Notes under the pieces: generated by a model
Seen by the model: the letters and a program-made list of their open reading frames with translations, nothing else
Told to the model about the DNA's origin: nothing
Databases searched by the model: none
In this document: piece by piece, positions 13,702 to 27,140 of the stretch
Numbering within the stretch: position 1 is the first letter of the stretch
How the letters are laid out: every line of letters begins with the position of its first letter
Made by a program: the position numbers and the translations under genes
Assembly: GCA_964016885.1 (NCBI GenBank)
Contig: OZ024744.1
Location: 7,440,001 to 7,504,000, forward strand
Length of the DNA stretch: 64,000 bases
Direction of reading: 5' to 3'
From: Eledone cirrhosa
Lineage: Eukaryota

Positions 13702-13983
13702 GTCGGTTGCGATGCCTGTCCTAAACGCCTATTCTAGCTTTCTGACTACCTCTCCCTCTACTCTATTTTCCTCTATCCCTATTCCTTTGCTAAACCTAAT
13801 CGACTCTACTTTAATTGCCCTTTTCAGGGCGAACCACCACCTGTTGTTGATGACCGCTCTCGTCAACGCCCGCTTAACTAATACGCTAATCCGGTCTCTA
13901 GGCTTTGCGCGCCGGGAAAGACGCGTTCAGCTTCCAGTAACCAGGCCCTTGTCTATGAAATCTGTCTATGTCGATCTCACAGA

Positions 13984-14673
13984 TCACAAATTGTGGGCTG
14001 TGTAGTCGACTATTTTAAATTGTGGACAACTTATACTAGCCTTATCTAGTTCCCTGCAGAATACCCTATCTAGATACGATCTGGATGACCCGATGCGGTT
14101 TGTCCATGTCCACATTGGCACATTCGGGTGATCCCGTCGATACCTTTCAGACAGTTCAAAACGTCTGAGCAGGTTGGTGAGGCTCTTGCACCCTCCTCCC
14201 CTATCCACTAACCCCACACGATCCCGGCGTGCATCCAAGATACCGTTCCAGTCGCCCACTAACACTAAAGCGCGGGACGTTCCAAGAAAGGTCTCTAGAC
14301 GTCTGAAGAAATCTGGCCGTCCTGCCCCTGTTGGGGCGTAGACGGCTACTAGCCTGAAAGCATTGCCTTCGCTGCCGGTCACGTCCAGCACCACCGACTT
14401 ACCTTCTGGGTCCAGGAAGATGGCCCGTATCGCGAGATCCAAGCCTCTCCGAAAAAGGACGGCAACCCCTCCCCCCGATCCTGGACGGCTGGGAGATGCG
14501 TATACATCGTAGCCGCCGAAGATCGGTGCGAAGGCCCGTGCCTCGGAGATTCTGGTTTCACTGATGGCCACCACATCTATGTTTAGTGACCTGAGGTCAT
14601 TGAGCAGGTGACCCTGCTTCCAAGATGACCCCAGGCCACGTGCATTTATACTGCCTATTCTGAGTGCAGCCAT
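13984..14673 (-). pseudogene. ORF2 APE endonuclease domain
   Basis: IGSINARGL, VVAISET, VYAP, LVGDWN and SYLDR motifs. Confidence 0.9.
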
Positions 14674-15136
14674 GTTGGATGAGAAACGGGGCAAATGAGA
14701 AAGGGTCACTTACCTTGTTCGTGTGGTGAAGGGACAGTAGAACCGTCAGTAGAACCGTCCCTTTCGCTGGTCAGTGTATATCCGTGTATATCAGTGTATA
14801 TCAGTGTATGTCAGTGTATATCCTCTTGGTAACCGTCCCTCTGAAGTCTCCAACTGCGTTGGGGAATTTTTGTTTTAAAGGTTTATTCTGTTCTATTGAG
14901 ATTTCGATGATGCTTATGTTTGTCGGGAGAGTTCTTGGTGTTGGTGGGGTGTAGTAGTTTTTTCCGTGATGTCTGTGTGCTGCTTTATATATTTTATGAG
15001 TTCTTTTTTTGCTATGTTTATGGGGGATTTTGTTGCCGTTTTCTTCTTGTTGGTGTTTGGTGTGTGTGTCTTGTTGTGTTTGCGTTGTTGGTGTTTGTGG
15101 TGGTGTTGCTGCAAGTTTCCTTGCTGCCTTTAACCC

Positions 15137-16720
15137 TCATTGTATGCCTTCGCTTTTGGCGGGTGAATCTAAGGGTTTTTTTCTTTTTTGTCTTTTGTGG
15201 CAGACTGTTTGCCACGTCACTCCCACCTCAAACTCCATGTTGGATTCTGTGGCTTCTGGGAGGGGTATGTGCTCCACGGCTGTTGGTGGTGGTAGTAGAG
15301 CCCTCTTCGGCAATTTTGTTGCTGGTGTAGCTATTTCAAATATAGCTATTGGTGTTGCCGCTACTGATGATGCTGCTTTAGTTTTCTGTGGCCTTGGTAC
15401 GGGTGCTACGGACGTTGCCCTCCTACTCACCGTGGAAGGGGTTTCTTCGTTTGTTGCCTGTCCTGCTCTTGGTAGCAGCGGACCAGGTATTGGAAGGAGA
15501 GGGGCCCTCTTCGGTGTCTTCTGCGGGCAAAAGGCCCTGAGGTGACCCTTCGACCGACAGAGATAACATTTTGGCCATCTTCCTTCTACACTTATAGGGA
15601 GTTGGAGTCCTTCCTCGATGTCTATGATATCGGGGATAGCCTCGATACATTCCTGGTCAGTTTGTATAAGCATTTGCATGCCTATACCTGACCAGTTCTC
15701 TCTCCCTATTTTTTCTACTTGCAGCATGGTCGCCCTGTTCTCAATTCCAGCAAAAACAGATGCGGCCAGCCAAGGTATGGGCACGTCGGGTGGGACCTGG
15801 GTCACTTTGACCCTCACAATTTTCTGCCCGCAGTAGGAGGGCACCAAGACTATCTCCTCACTCTTTAGGGTTTCAAAAGAGTGAGACTTTGCTTCCTGGG
15901 GGGTGGCGAAAAGTATGTCTACTGTGGCGTACTTTCTGCCTCGGGTGATGTGGGTTCTGCGTGCCCAGACGCACCCCAATGCCTTTTGGATTTGAGCCTC
16001 CGTGGCTCTCTCCACTCGATGTGAGATTTTTCTTACGGTGCGGTAAGTCACCGTCCGTAGCTGCTGGTCCTTGAAAAAGTCGGGTGGAGGTTTCAGGGAA
16101 ACTCTATTGTCGCTTCTTGTCACCATGGCCCTTGCGACTGCCATCTCCTCCTCTGTGACTAACACTGTCTCGATATTTCGGGCGACACCTGCAAAAGAAG
16201 TGGTCCCTTTTTCAGCAGCACCACTATTGCTGCCGCTACTGGTCTTACTGGTGGTGCTGAGGTCGCTATTACAGGTATCGGTTTCATTGTTGTTCTTTTC
16301 GCTGGTACAGTTGTTGGTGTTGTTTTCGTTGATACTGTTGCTGCTGTTACTGTTATTGTGGCTGTTGTTATTATTGCTGTTTTTGTTGATACTGTTCCTA
16401 CTATTATTGTTGTTGTGGCTGTTGTTATTGTCATTGTTATTGTCGTTCTCGACCTTACCGCTGTTATTTTTGTTACTGTCGTTCTCGACTTTACCGCTGT
16501 TACTTTTGGTGTTGTTGTTGGTGTTGTTGTTGGTGTTATTGTTGGTGTTGTTTGTGTTAGAAATATTTGGTAATTTTAAATCTGTAACAATCTTTTTTTC
16601 CTTTGTAATATGTTCGTTTATATTTACCTCAGCTGGAACGCTGTCTTGTTGACATGCTGATAACGTCTCCCTCTCCCTGTGTTGTCTGACAGCGCTCTCT
16701 CTCTTTCTTGTGTTATCCAT
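15137..16720 (-). CDS. LINE ORF1 (gag-like nucleic-acid-binding protein with Asn-rich N-terminus and CCHC zinc knuckle)
   Basis: 527-aa open frame with CYLCRSKGHLRAFC, lying upstream of the endonuclease. Confidence 0.75.
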   Translation of the reverse strand: MDNTRKRESAVRQHRERETLSACQQDSVPAEVNINEHITKEKKIVTDLKLPNISNTNNTNNNTNNNTNNNTKSNSGKVENDSNKNNSGKVENDNNNDNNNSHNNNNSRNSINKNSNNNNSHNNSNSSNSINENNTNNCTSEKNNNETDTCNSDLSTTSKTSSGSNSGAAEKGTTSFAGVARNIETVLVTEEEMAVARAMVTRSDNRVSLKPPPDFFKDQQLRTVTYRTVRKISHRVERATEAQIQKALGCVWARRTHITRGRKYATVDILFATPQEAKSHSFETLKSEEIVLVPSYCGQKIVRVKVTQVPPDVPIPWLAASVFAGIENRATMLQVEKIGRENWSGIGMQMLIQTDQECIEAIPDIIDIEEGLQLPISVEGRWPKCYLCRSKGHLRAFCPQKTPKRAPLLPIPGPLLPRAGQATNEETPSTVSRRATSVAPVPRPQKTKAASSVAATPIAIFEIATPATKLPKRALLPPPTAVEHIPLPEATESNMEFEVGVTWQTVCHKRQKRKKPLDSPAKSEGIQ

Positions 16721-16944
16721 GTTGAAATTTAAAAAAAAATATTTTACACGAATACGACACCCCGTAAAGGGGTACCGTATTATTTACTAGTGAACCCCTG
16801 TATTAGGTGGGTCACTTCTTCTAAACTTTTATCAAATTTAAAACTTGAATAAAAGGTTTAGAACGGTTGTAAAAGAGGTAAAACGTTGAAAAGGACTGGA
16901 GGAGATAAGAGGCGTGGCTTCACCAACAATAATATTAATAATAA

Positions 16945-17130
16945 TAATAATTGTTTCTACTTTAGGCACAAGGCCATCAATCACCCAGTGGATTACTGGT
17001 ACTTTATTTTATCGACCACGTAAGGATGAAAGGCAAAGTCAACCTCGGCGGGATTTGAACTCAGATCGTAAAGAGACGTAACTATGCTGGAAAGCATGGC
17101 ATCCGATCCTCTACTAATACTGCCAATCCT
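16945..17130 (-). mobile_element. Nin/Deu-like SINE copy
   Basis: Reverse complement of the 1163-1349 SINE. Confidence 0.85.
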
Positions 17131-17299
17131 AATAATAATAATAATGTCCGTTTACAATTGTTTCGGTACTCCATATAATGTTTCTGGATCAAATGATTAT
17201 AGATAATTATTGATCTGGTTCAGTTGAAAATAATTAACTTAGGTACAATTAAAACAGCTCATTGGAACTTGAAAAGGAATATAAATTAAAATAAGGAAA

Positions 17300-20235
17300 G
17301 AATGTTACATGAATGTAATGTTCCATATATTGGTATTTCACTATTGGTATTTCACTATGGTATATCTATTGTCTGCCATATTCCAGCAGTATTCTTCTGT
17401 CGGGGCTGCATTGTGTGAGATCTGCCTATGGGTAACAAGATGGCCGCCAATGGACATATTTATCTTACTAATTAGAGAGTTGTTTCAGGGAAAGTAACTC
17501 CTCGAGAAATTAGAAATTGTGGGTAGTTTATAGTTAAGAAGTGCTATTTTTTTATTTTTTTATTGAGAGACAATGTAGGGAGGTAACTTATAATTATCTA
17601 AGTTAGCTATAACTATTTGACTTATTAGCTATATGTAAAAATGGGGCTAGATGACTATGTTGAGTCAAAAATTCTGTTGGCGAAGGAATTAGCCCTTCGA
17701 TGTTGACAGCCAATAGTTACCTCCGTTCTATCATTAATCGGTAGAGGTCGTGATAGAGTTATGTAATATGCTTCCGTAAGACAGAGGTCACAAGAGTTTC
17801 TTCATCTATTGAACGGTTGGGCCCTAGCCAAGATATCCCATGTTAGTGAGTGTCCAATGTTTGTTAATTTAAGGTTTTTAATGAGCCTAGCTAGAGATGT
17901 CGAACATCTGTTGCTAGGGTCTCGGAAGGAAAAGGAGTGCGCGTTATAGCGTACCTTAAAAGGGTTCGAGGTAGAGCCGATATAGGAGCTGGTATGCGAA
18001 GCAGTTTTAACTGTGCACCTATAAACTATATTGGGTGTCAGGCAATGTCTATTTAGTGGGCATGCATTAGGGTAACGGCAGTTGCAGTTACTTTTGCGGT
18101 TAGTGAGAGTAGGGTTGTTTAAACTATGCGGTTGGTCCGTGCTAGAAGGATTAGATGGGGGAGGTGTGCTACTAGAGTAAGTATTGGTGTAGTGGCGTGG
18201 TGTATTTGATAGGGGTGGTGGTACCGCGGTGTGGGAGTTATACTGTCCTAGCTTATGATGGTTACTGAACGCGATGTGGCTTGCTAGGTTAGGTGTTGTG
18301 GAGAATGAGATTTTAATGTTGTTTTTATTAAAGAGTTTGTAATATCTATGGTTAGGGGGGAAGTGTTTGGATAGGATAGAGAAGAAGCGTTTGGGGATAT
18401 TAGTGGCTAGATTAGATGAGAATGGGGGGGGGGGTTAAGCCAGGTGATATTTCTAGGCCTATTCCTTCTAGGGGTTCTAGTGGAGTTGGTAGGGGCCTTC
18501 ATAGGGTTATTATTACTTGGGCATTTGTTATTTGTCACCCCATTGCTCATTCCTATTTAAGGGTTGATTTTTAGTTTGCTACTTGGAGTGGGAAGTAGGC
18601 CACTGGCACTATTAAGGTTCCCTGTATAAGTGCCGTTATTGCTAAAATTCCGGCGAATCTGGCTATATTCTAAGGTATTTCTAGTTCTAGTGTTAAGTTT
18701 ATTATGGTGAATTGCTGTTATGGCATTTAGGTATGTAGTAAATGGACTGTTAATAACCAGATTCAGAAGGAGCCTTATTATAATATGCCGCATGGTTTAT
18801 AAATATCTCCCCATTTGCTGATAGCATGGAGATCCTATACGAGATCGATTTGATGACTGCTCTGATGACTGCCGGTGAGTGGTTAGAGTGTGGACTAATA
18901 TATGTAGGTATTTCACCTGGTTTATGATAAGGGTAATATAGGTTATTGTTAAGATCTAGGGTAACGTCTAGGAAGTTTACTACTTTATGGTTCGGCTCCA
19001 TGGTGATAGAGATACTGTTATTTTTAAAGAATCTATGTAATTGTTTTTTTAGCAAGTCAATGCCTCGATTAGTGCAATTGTGGACTGCAAATAGGGCGTC
19101 GTCCCTATATATTCCGCCTTGCAAGAGTTGGATTTCAGCTGTAATAGGTAGATTCCAACTAAATCGGTGATTTGCGCAGAGTCACTTGATCCCATAGTGA
19201 TGTCAAAGTTGTCTGTTCTGTCTTTTCTAGTCCAGAGTGCTCCGTTGAATTCAATGATGGTCTGCCTAGCCATAAGTATGATGTCAATCTCGTTATTGGT
19301 TATGTCAGAGTTGATGCTGGCTAGGGTTAATGCTTTGTTGAGCAGTTCCGGGGTTATTGAAGCGTAATAGCTGTCACTGTCAAATTGGAAGAACCTCATA
19401 GATTGCTTGGACCTTAGATCGGAGAACCATCTAATGACTTTGCCGGTGTTGGACCACAACTTGTAGGTGATATCATCTCGTAGCCCAGGGATGATCCTAT
19501 CAAGGATGTTCTTACTGATACGACCCAAGTCGGATGTGGCTGGGCTTGTAAGTCTAATAGATGGGTTCTCTATAAAGTTTGGCTTGTGATCCTTGAGAGA
19601 AAACCTTGGGGTGTTGGTACATAAGGGTGGGTAAATCTATCCAGATGCAAGTCCTTAACCAAAGCCCGGGCTTTTCGGTTAAGTAAGTTTACACTGGAGG
19701 GTATAGTTTTTTTATAGTTTTTATTAAGTTCCTTAAGAAGGAAAGAGTTTTAAGTTTCAGGAGTCATGGTGTATAGATTTTTAGCTTTGTCAGACATAAC
19801 ATGTAAGAGGTGATAATCTTTAAATTTTTTTTATAGTTGTTGCTAATTTTGTGAGGAAATTATTCTTTTGTCTATAATTGTTTCTATTTTAGGCACAAGG
19901 CCATCATTTTGTCTATAATGCTTTTTGAATTTAATGCTCCTAACGAAGTTAAATATATCTTTCTCAAAAGGGTCCAGTAGGATGTGTGTGGAGGGTTCTT
20001 GCAGCTGGTAAATCCATATCTGTTTGCTGTACTTCCGGCGTCAGTAGCACCCGCACGGTCGTAGTGGAAAGCCTTCAATCGTATTCTTCAGATGAAAGAG
20101 TTGGCACTCTGTATTAGGAGTTTGAGGTATGTCTTCCTGTCCGGGATAGGAATGGACTTAATTGATATCCTGAGTTCCTGCTTGCTCAACATGGTGACTT
20201 CTAACAGTAAGTAGCTCAACTACGGGAGCTCAAGT
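17300..20235 (-). mobile_element. Penelope-like element (RT + GIY-YIG), degraded
   Basis: LKDHKPNF..RL, FDSDSYYASI, MGSSDSAQ, IYRDD and VNFLDVTL motifs. PNIVYRCTV..SYIGSTSNPFKVRYNAH lies at about 17935-18035. Confidence 0.85.
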
Positions 20236-20236
20236 A

Positions 20237-20714
20237 TACACAGTTCAAGAGTAACCTATCTTAAAGAGAGAGATGGAGATATGAGAGGAGACAGGAGAGG
20301 AGAAGAGAGATTGGTGAATTAGTTAGAAGCCAAAGCGTAAAGGCATGTGCTCAATGTGCAATATGCAGTGGAAGGCAGCTAGGTGGCTGGGTTCATGCAG
20401 AGGTTAGGTGCACAGAGCTGGAAATATTCATTAGTTAAGCAAAACAAGACCACAATTTCACGAGGAAGACATTATTAAAAGATTGTCAACAATAATGTCT
20501 TCCTTGTGAAATGTGTGGTCTTGTTTGGCTTAACTAATGAATATTTCCAGCTCTGTGCACCTAACCTCTGCATTAAACCAGCCACCTAGCTGCCTTCCAC
20601 TTCATATTGCACATAGAGCACATACCTTTACGCTTTGGCTTCTAACTAATTCACCAATCTCTCCTCTCCTATCTCCATCTCTCTCTTTAAGATTGGTTAC
20701 TCTTGAACTGTGTA
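20237..20714. repeat. Fold-back inverted repeat with arms of about 230 bp
   Basis: 20237-20476 is the reverse complement of 20491-20714, with few mismatches. Confidence 0.9.
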
Positions 20715-20801
20715 TTATATATATATATTAGAAAGTGAGGTTTATTTTACAAAATGAAAAATAACCGAGGTGTCCTACACGAGTGAAAGTATAAAGAAAA
20801 G

Positions 20802-21060
20802 GAGATGAAATCGAAAATGCAACTGGAGTCTTATTTTAAAAATATATATATATATTTATTTGGTTCCTTTACCGGTTTCGCAGTTCTTCTGCTTTTCAAA
20901 AGGTGAGTTGAGATGGAGGGTCTGTTGTTTTTCCCACAGACCCTCCATCTCAACTCACCTTTTGAAAAGCAGAAGAACTGCGAAACCGGTAGGGGAACCA
21001 AATAAATATATATATATATTTTTTTAAAATAAGACTCCACTTGCATTTTCGATTTCATCT

Positions 21061-21061
<1 letters not shown>
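20802..21061. repeat. Near-perfect hairpin with arms of about 125 bp and a 10-nt loop
   Basis: ...GAGATGGAGGGTCTGT TGTTTTTCCC ACAGACCCTCCATCTC... Confidence 0.95.
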
Positions 21062-21159
<98 letters not shown>

Positions 21160-22224
21160 AGAGTTAAACAAGATTCAATGAATGGATACATCAAGGAATG
21201 AGTTTTACAATAGATTGGAAGCACTATACAGGAAATATTTTCCAGAGTTATTAATATTAATTCCAAATATTAACACAATAGATATTTATATATAGTTTGT
21301 ACAAATATCTTTATCTAGTGTAATAACATAATCGTAGTTACATTTATAAATAATTTATTACATTAATAATTATTACATTTATAAATAATTTAAATGACAT
21401 TATTATACGTGTTTGGTTTTCCCTGGAAGGTCGAACTTATATGATCATTTACTTAATAAAATATATATGAACAAATAATATACTATAGACATATATATAG
21501 CTGAAAATTCTGACTTCTTTAAGTTTAATTATAAGACCTGTTGATATTTTAGGCACTCAAACTATTTAACAATAAATTCTTTAATAGTTATAACTATAAA
21601 TATCTTATAAATTATATTATAGAAAATGTGTCAATATTATAAGTAATTTTCGTAAAGTTTACCTTCGTGGGGATATCGAACATTATATGTATATTTTCTT
21701 TCTTTCGCGGGTTTCGTAAATCCTTTAAATTTGTTTTCATAAAATTTGAATTTTAGAAATTTAACATAATTATATTATAATATTAATACAAATACCTAAT
21801 AACTTTTAAAACCTAAAATTTGATTCTTTACCCTGAAATAACATAAATTAAATGTTTTGAAAATTAACCGCCAACTTTATAAGAATATGTGTATGTAGAA
21901 ACTTGAGCATAAATTACTCCCCTTTGTCTCTCTCTCTTTATTTATCTTTCATTTGTCTTCTCAAGCTAAATATTAAATAAGTTATAACGGCAGCTATGGA
22001 TCCTCTATGCTTTCCTCTCCCGCATATTTCTATAGTAGTTTTTTAAATATTAAAAATTCTATAACTGTTACATTGATGCCATGTATTTCCTAAAATATAT
22101 TACTCATACTCTCTCTATTGATTGTATTACGTTTTCTCATGTTCTCAATATTAGGGTATAAATATTGAGTTTTGTCATAAGTTAATCACTACCTTGATTA
22201 AATCTTAACCATCTACCATGTCAG

Positions 22225-23185
<961 letters not shown>

Positions 23186-23193
23186 TATATATT

Positions 23194-23225
<32 letters not shown>

Positions 23226-23258
23226 CAGATACATACACATATATACTCGTACATACAT

Positions 23259-23316
<58 letters not shown>

Positions 23317-23318
<2 letters not shown>

Positions 23319-23514
23319 CGAAGGAGTTGTGGTAAGGAACCAGATGGACCGTAACACACCAGAGTACTCAATGCTTAGGGTAGTAGAGTGGGTAATAGGA
23401 AAAAGTATGACCCGACGACAGAGCTCAAGCCGTTTCGACAGCTATTTCTGGAAATTTCCAGAAATAGCCGTTGAAACGGCTTGAGCTCTGCCGTCGGGGT
23501 CGTACTTTTCCCTA
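23317..23514. mobile_element. Short (TA)n-embedded repeat ending in a 120-bp palindrome
   Basis: Palindrome 23394-23514 centred on GGAAATTTCC. Relatives at 33525-33710, 40305-40410 and 46753-46812. Confidence 0.75.
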
Positions 23515-23859
23515 TATATATATATACATCTATACATATACATCTATAGATCTCGTTAAGGGTGAAAGCAGCGATTCTTTGCTTAAACTTTAAATTGTTA
23601 TTTTAATAAATATTTGCTCTATAACATCAGTGATCTCAGTAGACTGAGGGAGTAGTTAGCCTTGATAAGCATCAAAATATGCGAAACAAGGCCTTGTCGG
23701 CTTTATCTCCCCCTGTTTTCTGAGATTAAAGTAAGTGAGTTCGTCACTACTCTAAAATAATAGCATACGGTCTTCAAAATGCTTTTAATTAAGCATAAAG
23801 TGTATTGCAAAATACATTATATATACATTCATATATATATTGCTATTTCAGAGCTCCAA

Positions 23860-23935
<76 letters not shown>

Positions 23936-24367
23936 CATACACACAAATGCAGTGTACATGATGTACTTACAACTAACAGCAGAGAAAAAAATGAGAGAAT
24001 CGCTGGCAATTTTATGTAAACTTTATAAAATCCATATAATACAATGAAATAGAGTCTTGTAATAAAGAAGAGGAAATACAGCAGATTTTTATCTGTATTT
24101 AGAGACCCGACAAAGAATGACTGATCATTTTTATACATATATAATTGCTTTGCACGATTTTGTTGTACGCATTTATCAATTGTTCCAGAAAAATCAAGTC
24201 ACTTTCCTTTCTCGCTATTGATGTTCGATAGTGCTTATTCGATTGACGAGGAGGATACTTTGAACTGAATGACTGAGTTAGTTTTAAATCACTAAAGTTT
24301 GATTCGTCAAGCCGCTGGCGATTTAACAGAAATATGTGTAATGCAATAGAAACCTTTGGAAAACAAA

Positions 24368-24552
24368 TAATTGTTTCTACTTTTGGCACAAGGCCAACCA
24401 TTACCCCAGTGTATTACTGGTACTTTATTTTATCGGATGAAAGGCAAAGTTAACTTCGGTGGGATTTGAACTCAGACCGTAAAGGGCTGTAACTCTATGC
24501 TACAAAACATGGCGTTCGACCCTCTACCGATACTGCCAATCCACCACCCTTG
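24368..24552 (-). mobile_element. Nin/Deu-like SINE copy
   Basis: Reverse complement of the 1163 SINE. Confidence 0.85.
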
Positions 24553-25069
24553 GAAAAAATGATACGAGCTCCCATGAAAATATTCTCTTAACGAGAAGCC
24601 CTTCACAGTGAATGTCTTCGCAACTCTGACATGAACATCACAACTGAAACTTATCAGCAGTTTTCTAACAATACATTCTCATCTCATTATGTAACAAATC
24701 ATCATCAAATTCACGAAATGTCCCTGGCTGCAGAATAGCGACGCGAAAAACCATCGGTATGAATAACAGTGATGATGAGGAGCTCATGTGCCCTTACGTA
24801 ATATTGAGCTTCCGTTTGAGTTGGAAAGACCTCACGCATAGCCATATTATCCGACATATCAATATCGATTGAAATATAGCATGAAGATTCAAGAATAGCT
24901 TTTCTTTTCCAGTTTCAATATATTTAACTGTTTGACTATAATTGATCTTTTGTTATATTTATTGTGGTGTCAGGACATTCTATTACCAAATACACTTCAT
25001 GGATAAATGTGGAAACATTGATCCAAATATCTGACATAAATACAACTCTCCAACTATCTGTCGTTCTCC

Positions 25070-25262
25070 GACACGTTTGCAGTCGTACCCTTGGCTGTGG
25101 AGACTTCTCGTGTCCCTGGCCCTAAAGATACTTCCCTACTTACCACCATTGACGCTGAGCTGGCTAGCCGTAGGTGTGAACCTCACGAGCTGGAATGGCT
25201 AGTCCAGCGCATGTCCCTTACCATCCTCCGGGGAAACGCATTCTCCATTCTGTCCGCTTGGG
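25070..25262 (+). mobile_element. CRE-like non-LTR retrotransposon C-terminal RLE fragment
   Basis: FAVVPLAVETS..GP...LVQRMSLTILRGNA resembles the conserved PxAVExxG...QRxSxxxxRGNA end of CRE-type ORFs. Confidence 0.6.
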
Positions 25263-25911
25263 CTGCGAAGTGGCCAACACATGGGACCCATTTGCTCATA
25301 ATAGTGAAAGATGGAGAGGGCGAGAGAGATGGAGACTATGACAGTTGCTCGGCTCTTCTGTGTTCAGACCTGGTGTACAGCATCAGTTATCCTTACATTC
25401 TCAACTGAGAATAGTGTCAGTTAATCGTACATAGGCCATCACACCAGTAACGACTAAGTAAATGAAGGGAGAAATTCAGTAGACTTGGTATTGGAGTGTT
25501 AAAATAATAGACGAGATATATATTGTCAGTGATCTAAACTATTCTACCTCACATGAAGTCAAACAACATATCTGTCTTATATTTCATACAACAAACTTTT
25601 TGTGGAAATATTTAATAAAGGAAGCAACCGTTTCTGCATATACAACATATTTGACGTTTTGTCAACCAGGACCACGAGTCAACATTTATCTGATGTTTTA
25701 TAAAGGACACGAGAGTTTGCCAGATCAGAAAGTATTTTCTGAGTTATATATACTTTCTACATTTGATCCAACGATCAAAATTACAATCTGCTATCAAGTT
25801 GTTAACTTCTTTCAGATCTGCCACAGCAATTGTCATACTTTCAATTTGCCATACATTTTCTCTTAAAAAATTAACCTTCCGTGGCCACTATGTCTTTGAC
25901 ATTGTATGCTG

Positions 25912-26220
25912 GGAGGTGACGATGCGTGGCTTAGTGGTTAAAGTATTCTGCTCATGAGCGTGTGGCTGTGTATTCCATTTCATGTCGTGCTTTGAATTCT
26001 TGGGAAAGACACATTATTACGAGTTGCTCCAATCCATTCAACTGGAAAAGATGTGTTGAATCAACGGGCTATTATTGTCATACACACTGTCAATCCTAAA
26101 AAAATAGGCTAAGCTTTAAACGTGATTGTGGAATGCTCGGGCATTTGTACGGTAATTTCCTGAGCAAACTGTTCCGTTGATCAAACTTCAGGGATGTTTT
26201 TCGTTTTATAAGACGAAGGT
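25912..26220 (+). mobile_element. Degenerate tRNA-derived CORE-like SINE
   Basis: GCGTGGCTTAGTGGTTA A-box and CTTGGGAAAGACAC..GTTGCTCCA core, related to 42285-42412. Confidence 0.6.
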
Positions 26221-26269
26221 CCAACTAAAATAACATGTAGTTATACAAGAAGGTATTAGATTGATACGA

Positions 26270-27140
26270 TACACTACTAGAAAGGTATATTTCAGGATGA
26301 TAGCTTTTCAGTGTTGCTATTAATCATCTCACTAAACCCACTATCATACTTTCTCACAAAACAAAGTTTTCATAGAAGTGGGTCCAGAAGTATCTCCCAT
26401 CATTTCTTTGTTGATGACCTGAGGTTATATGGGCCAAATATCAAATATATCAGAAAACAATTGGACCTCTTTACACAATATTCTAGACATCTCAATGAAA
26501 TTTGGTGGGTTGTGCTCTCCTCTGGAAATCTAGAGATGAACGACTTGACAATACAACCTCTACAGCCAGGTGACAACTACAGATATCAGATGAGAATGTC
26601 AGATATGATGAACCCCATAAATGAGGAGAGAACCAGAACTGAATACCTCAGGAGAGTAAAGAAAATATGGTCATCAGAACTGTCAGCGTACAAATACATA
26701 GCCCACAATACTTATGCTGTTCCAATCCTAACATCAACATTTGGCCTGCTGAACTGGTCATTGCAAGAACTAAGTGAGATGGATGTAAGAACTCGCAAGC
26801 TTCTCGCGTTACTGGAAACTTTAACATCAACGGTGATGTGGATAGGCTATACTTCTCACGCAAGGAAGGTGGCCGGGGTCTAAAATCCATATTAACATCA
26901 TATGAGACCCGAATAGTAACACTGAAGCAACATCTTCAACAGAAGAAAAAGGTCAGCAACCATCTTGCCCAGTTTTATGAACATTAGGATAGCCACTGAT
27001 CTGAATGAGAGATATGGAATAAGGCCTGATATAAATCTCTCTCCTAGGAACATTGGAAGATCATATTCAATGCTCGAACAAGATAAAAAAATGAACCAAT
27101 TTGCAGAGAAAGTTGTGCATGGGTCCCTGAGACGAAACAT
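26270..27140 (+). mobile_element. R4/Dong-like LINE RT fragment (second subfamily)
   Basis: KGIFQDDS, FFVDDLRLY and AHNTYAVPIL motifs. Closely similar to 47430-48070. Confidence 0.85.

Larger units (their letters stand above)
11580..16925 (-). mobile_element. Tx1/L1-clade LINE (ORF1 plus disrupted ORF2)
   Basis: ORF1 with a CCHC knuckle is followed by an APE endonuclease and an RT with Tx1-type motifs. Ends are approximate. Confidence 0.85.

Noticed and set aside
16071-16652. Leu/Val-rich plus-strand ORFs
   Set aside because: Antisense shadows of the Asn-rich ORF1.
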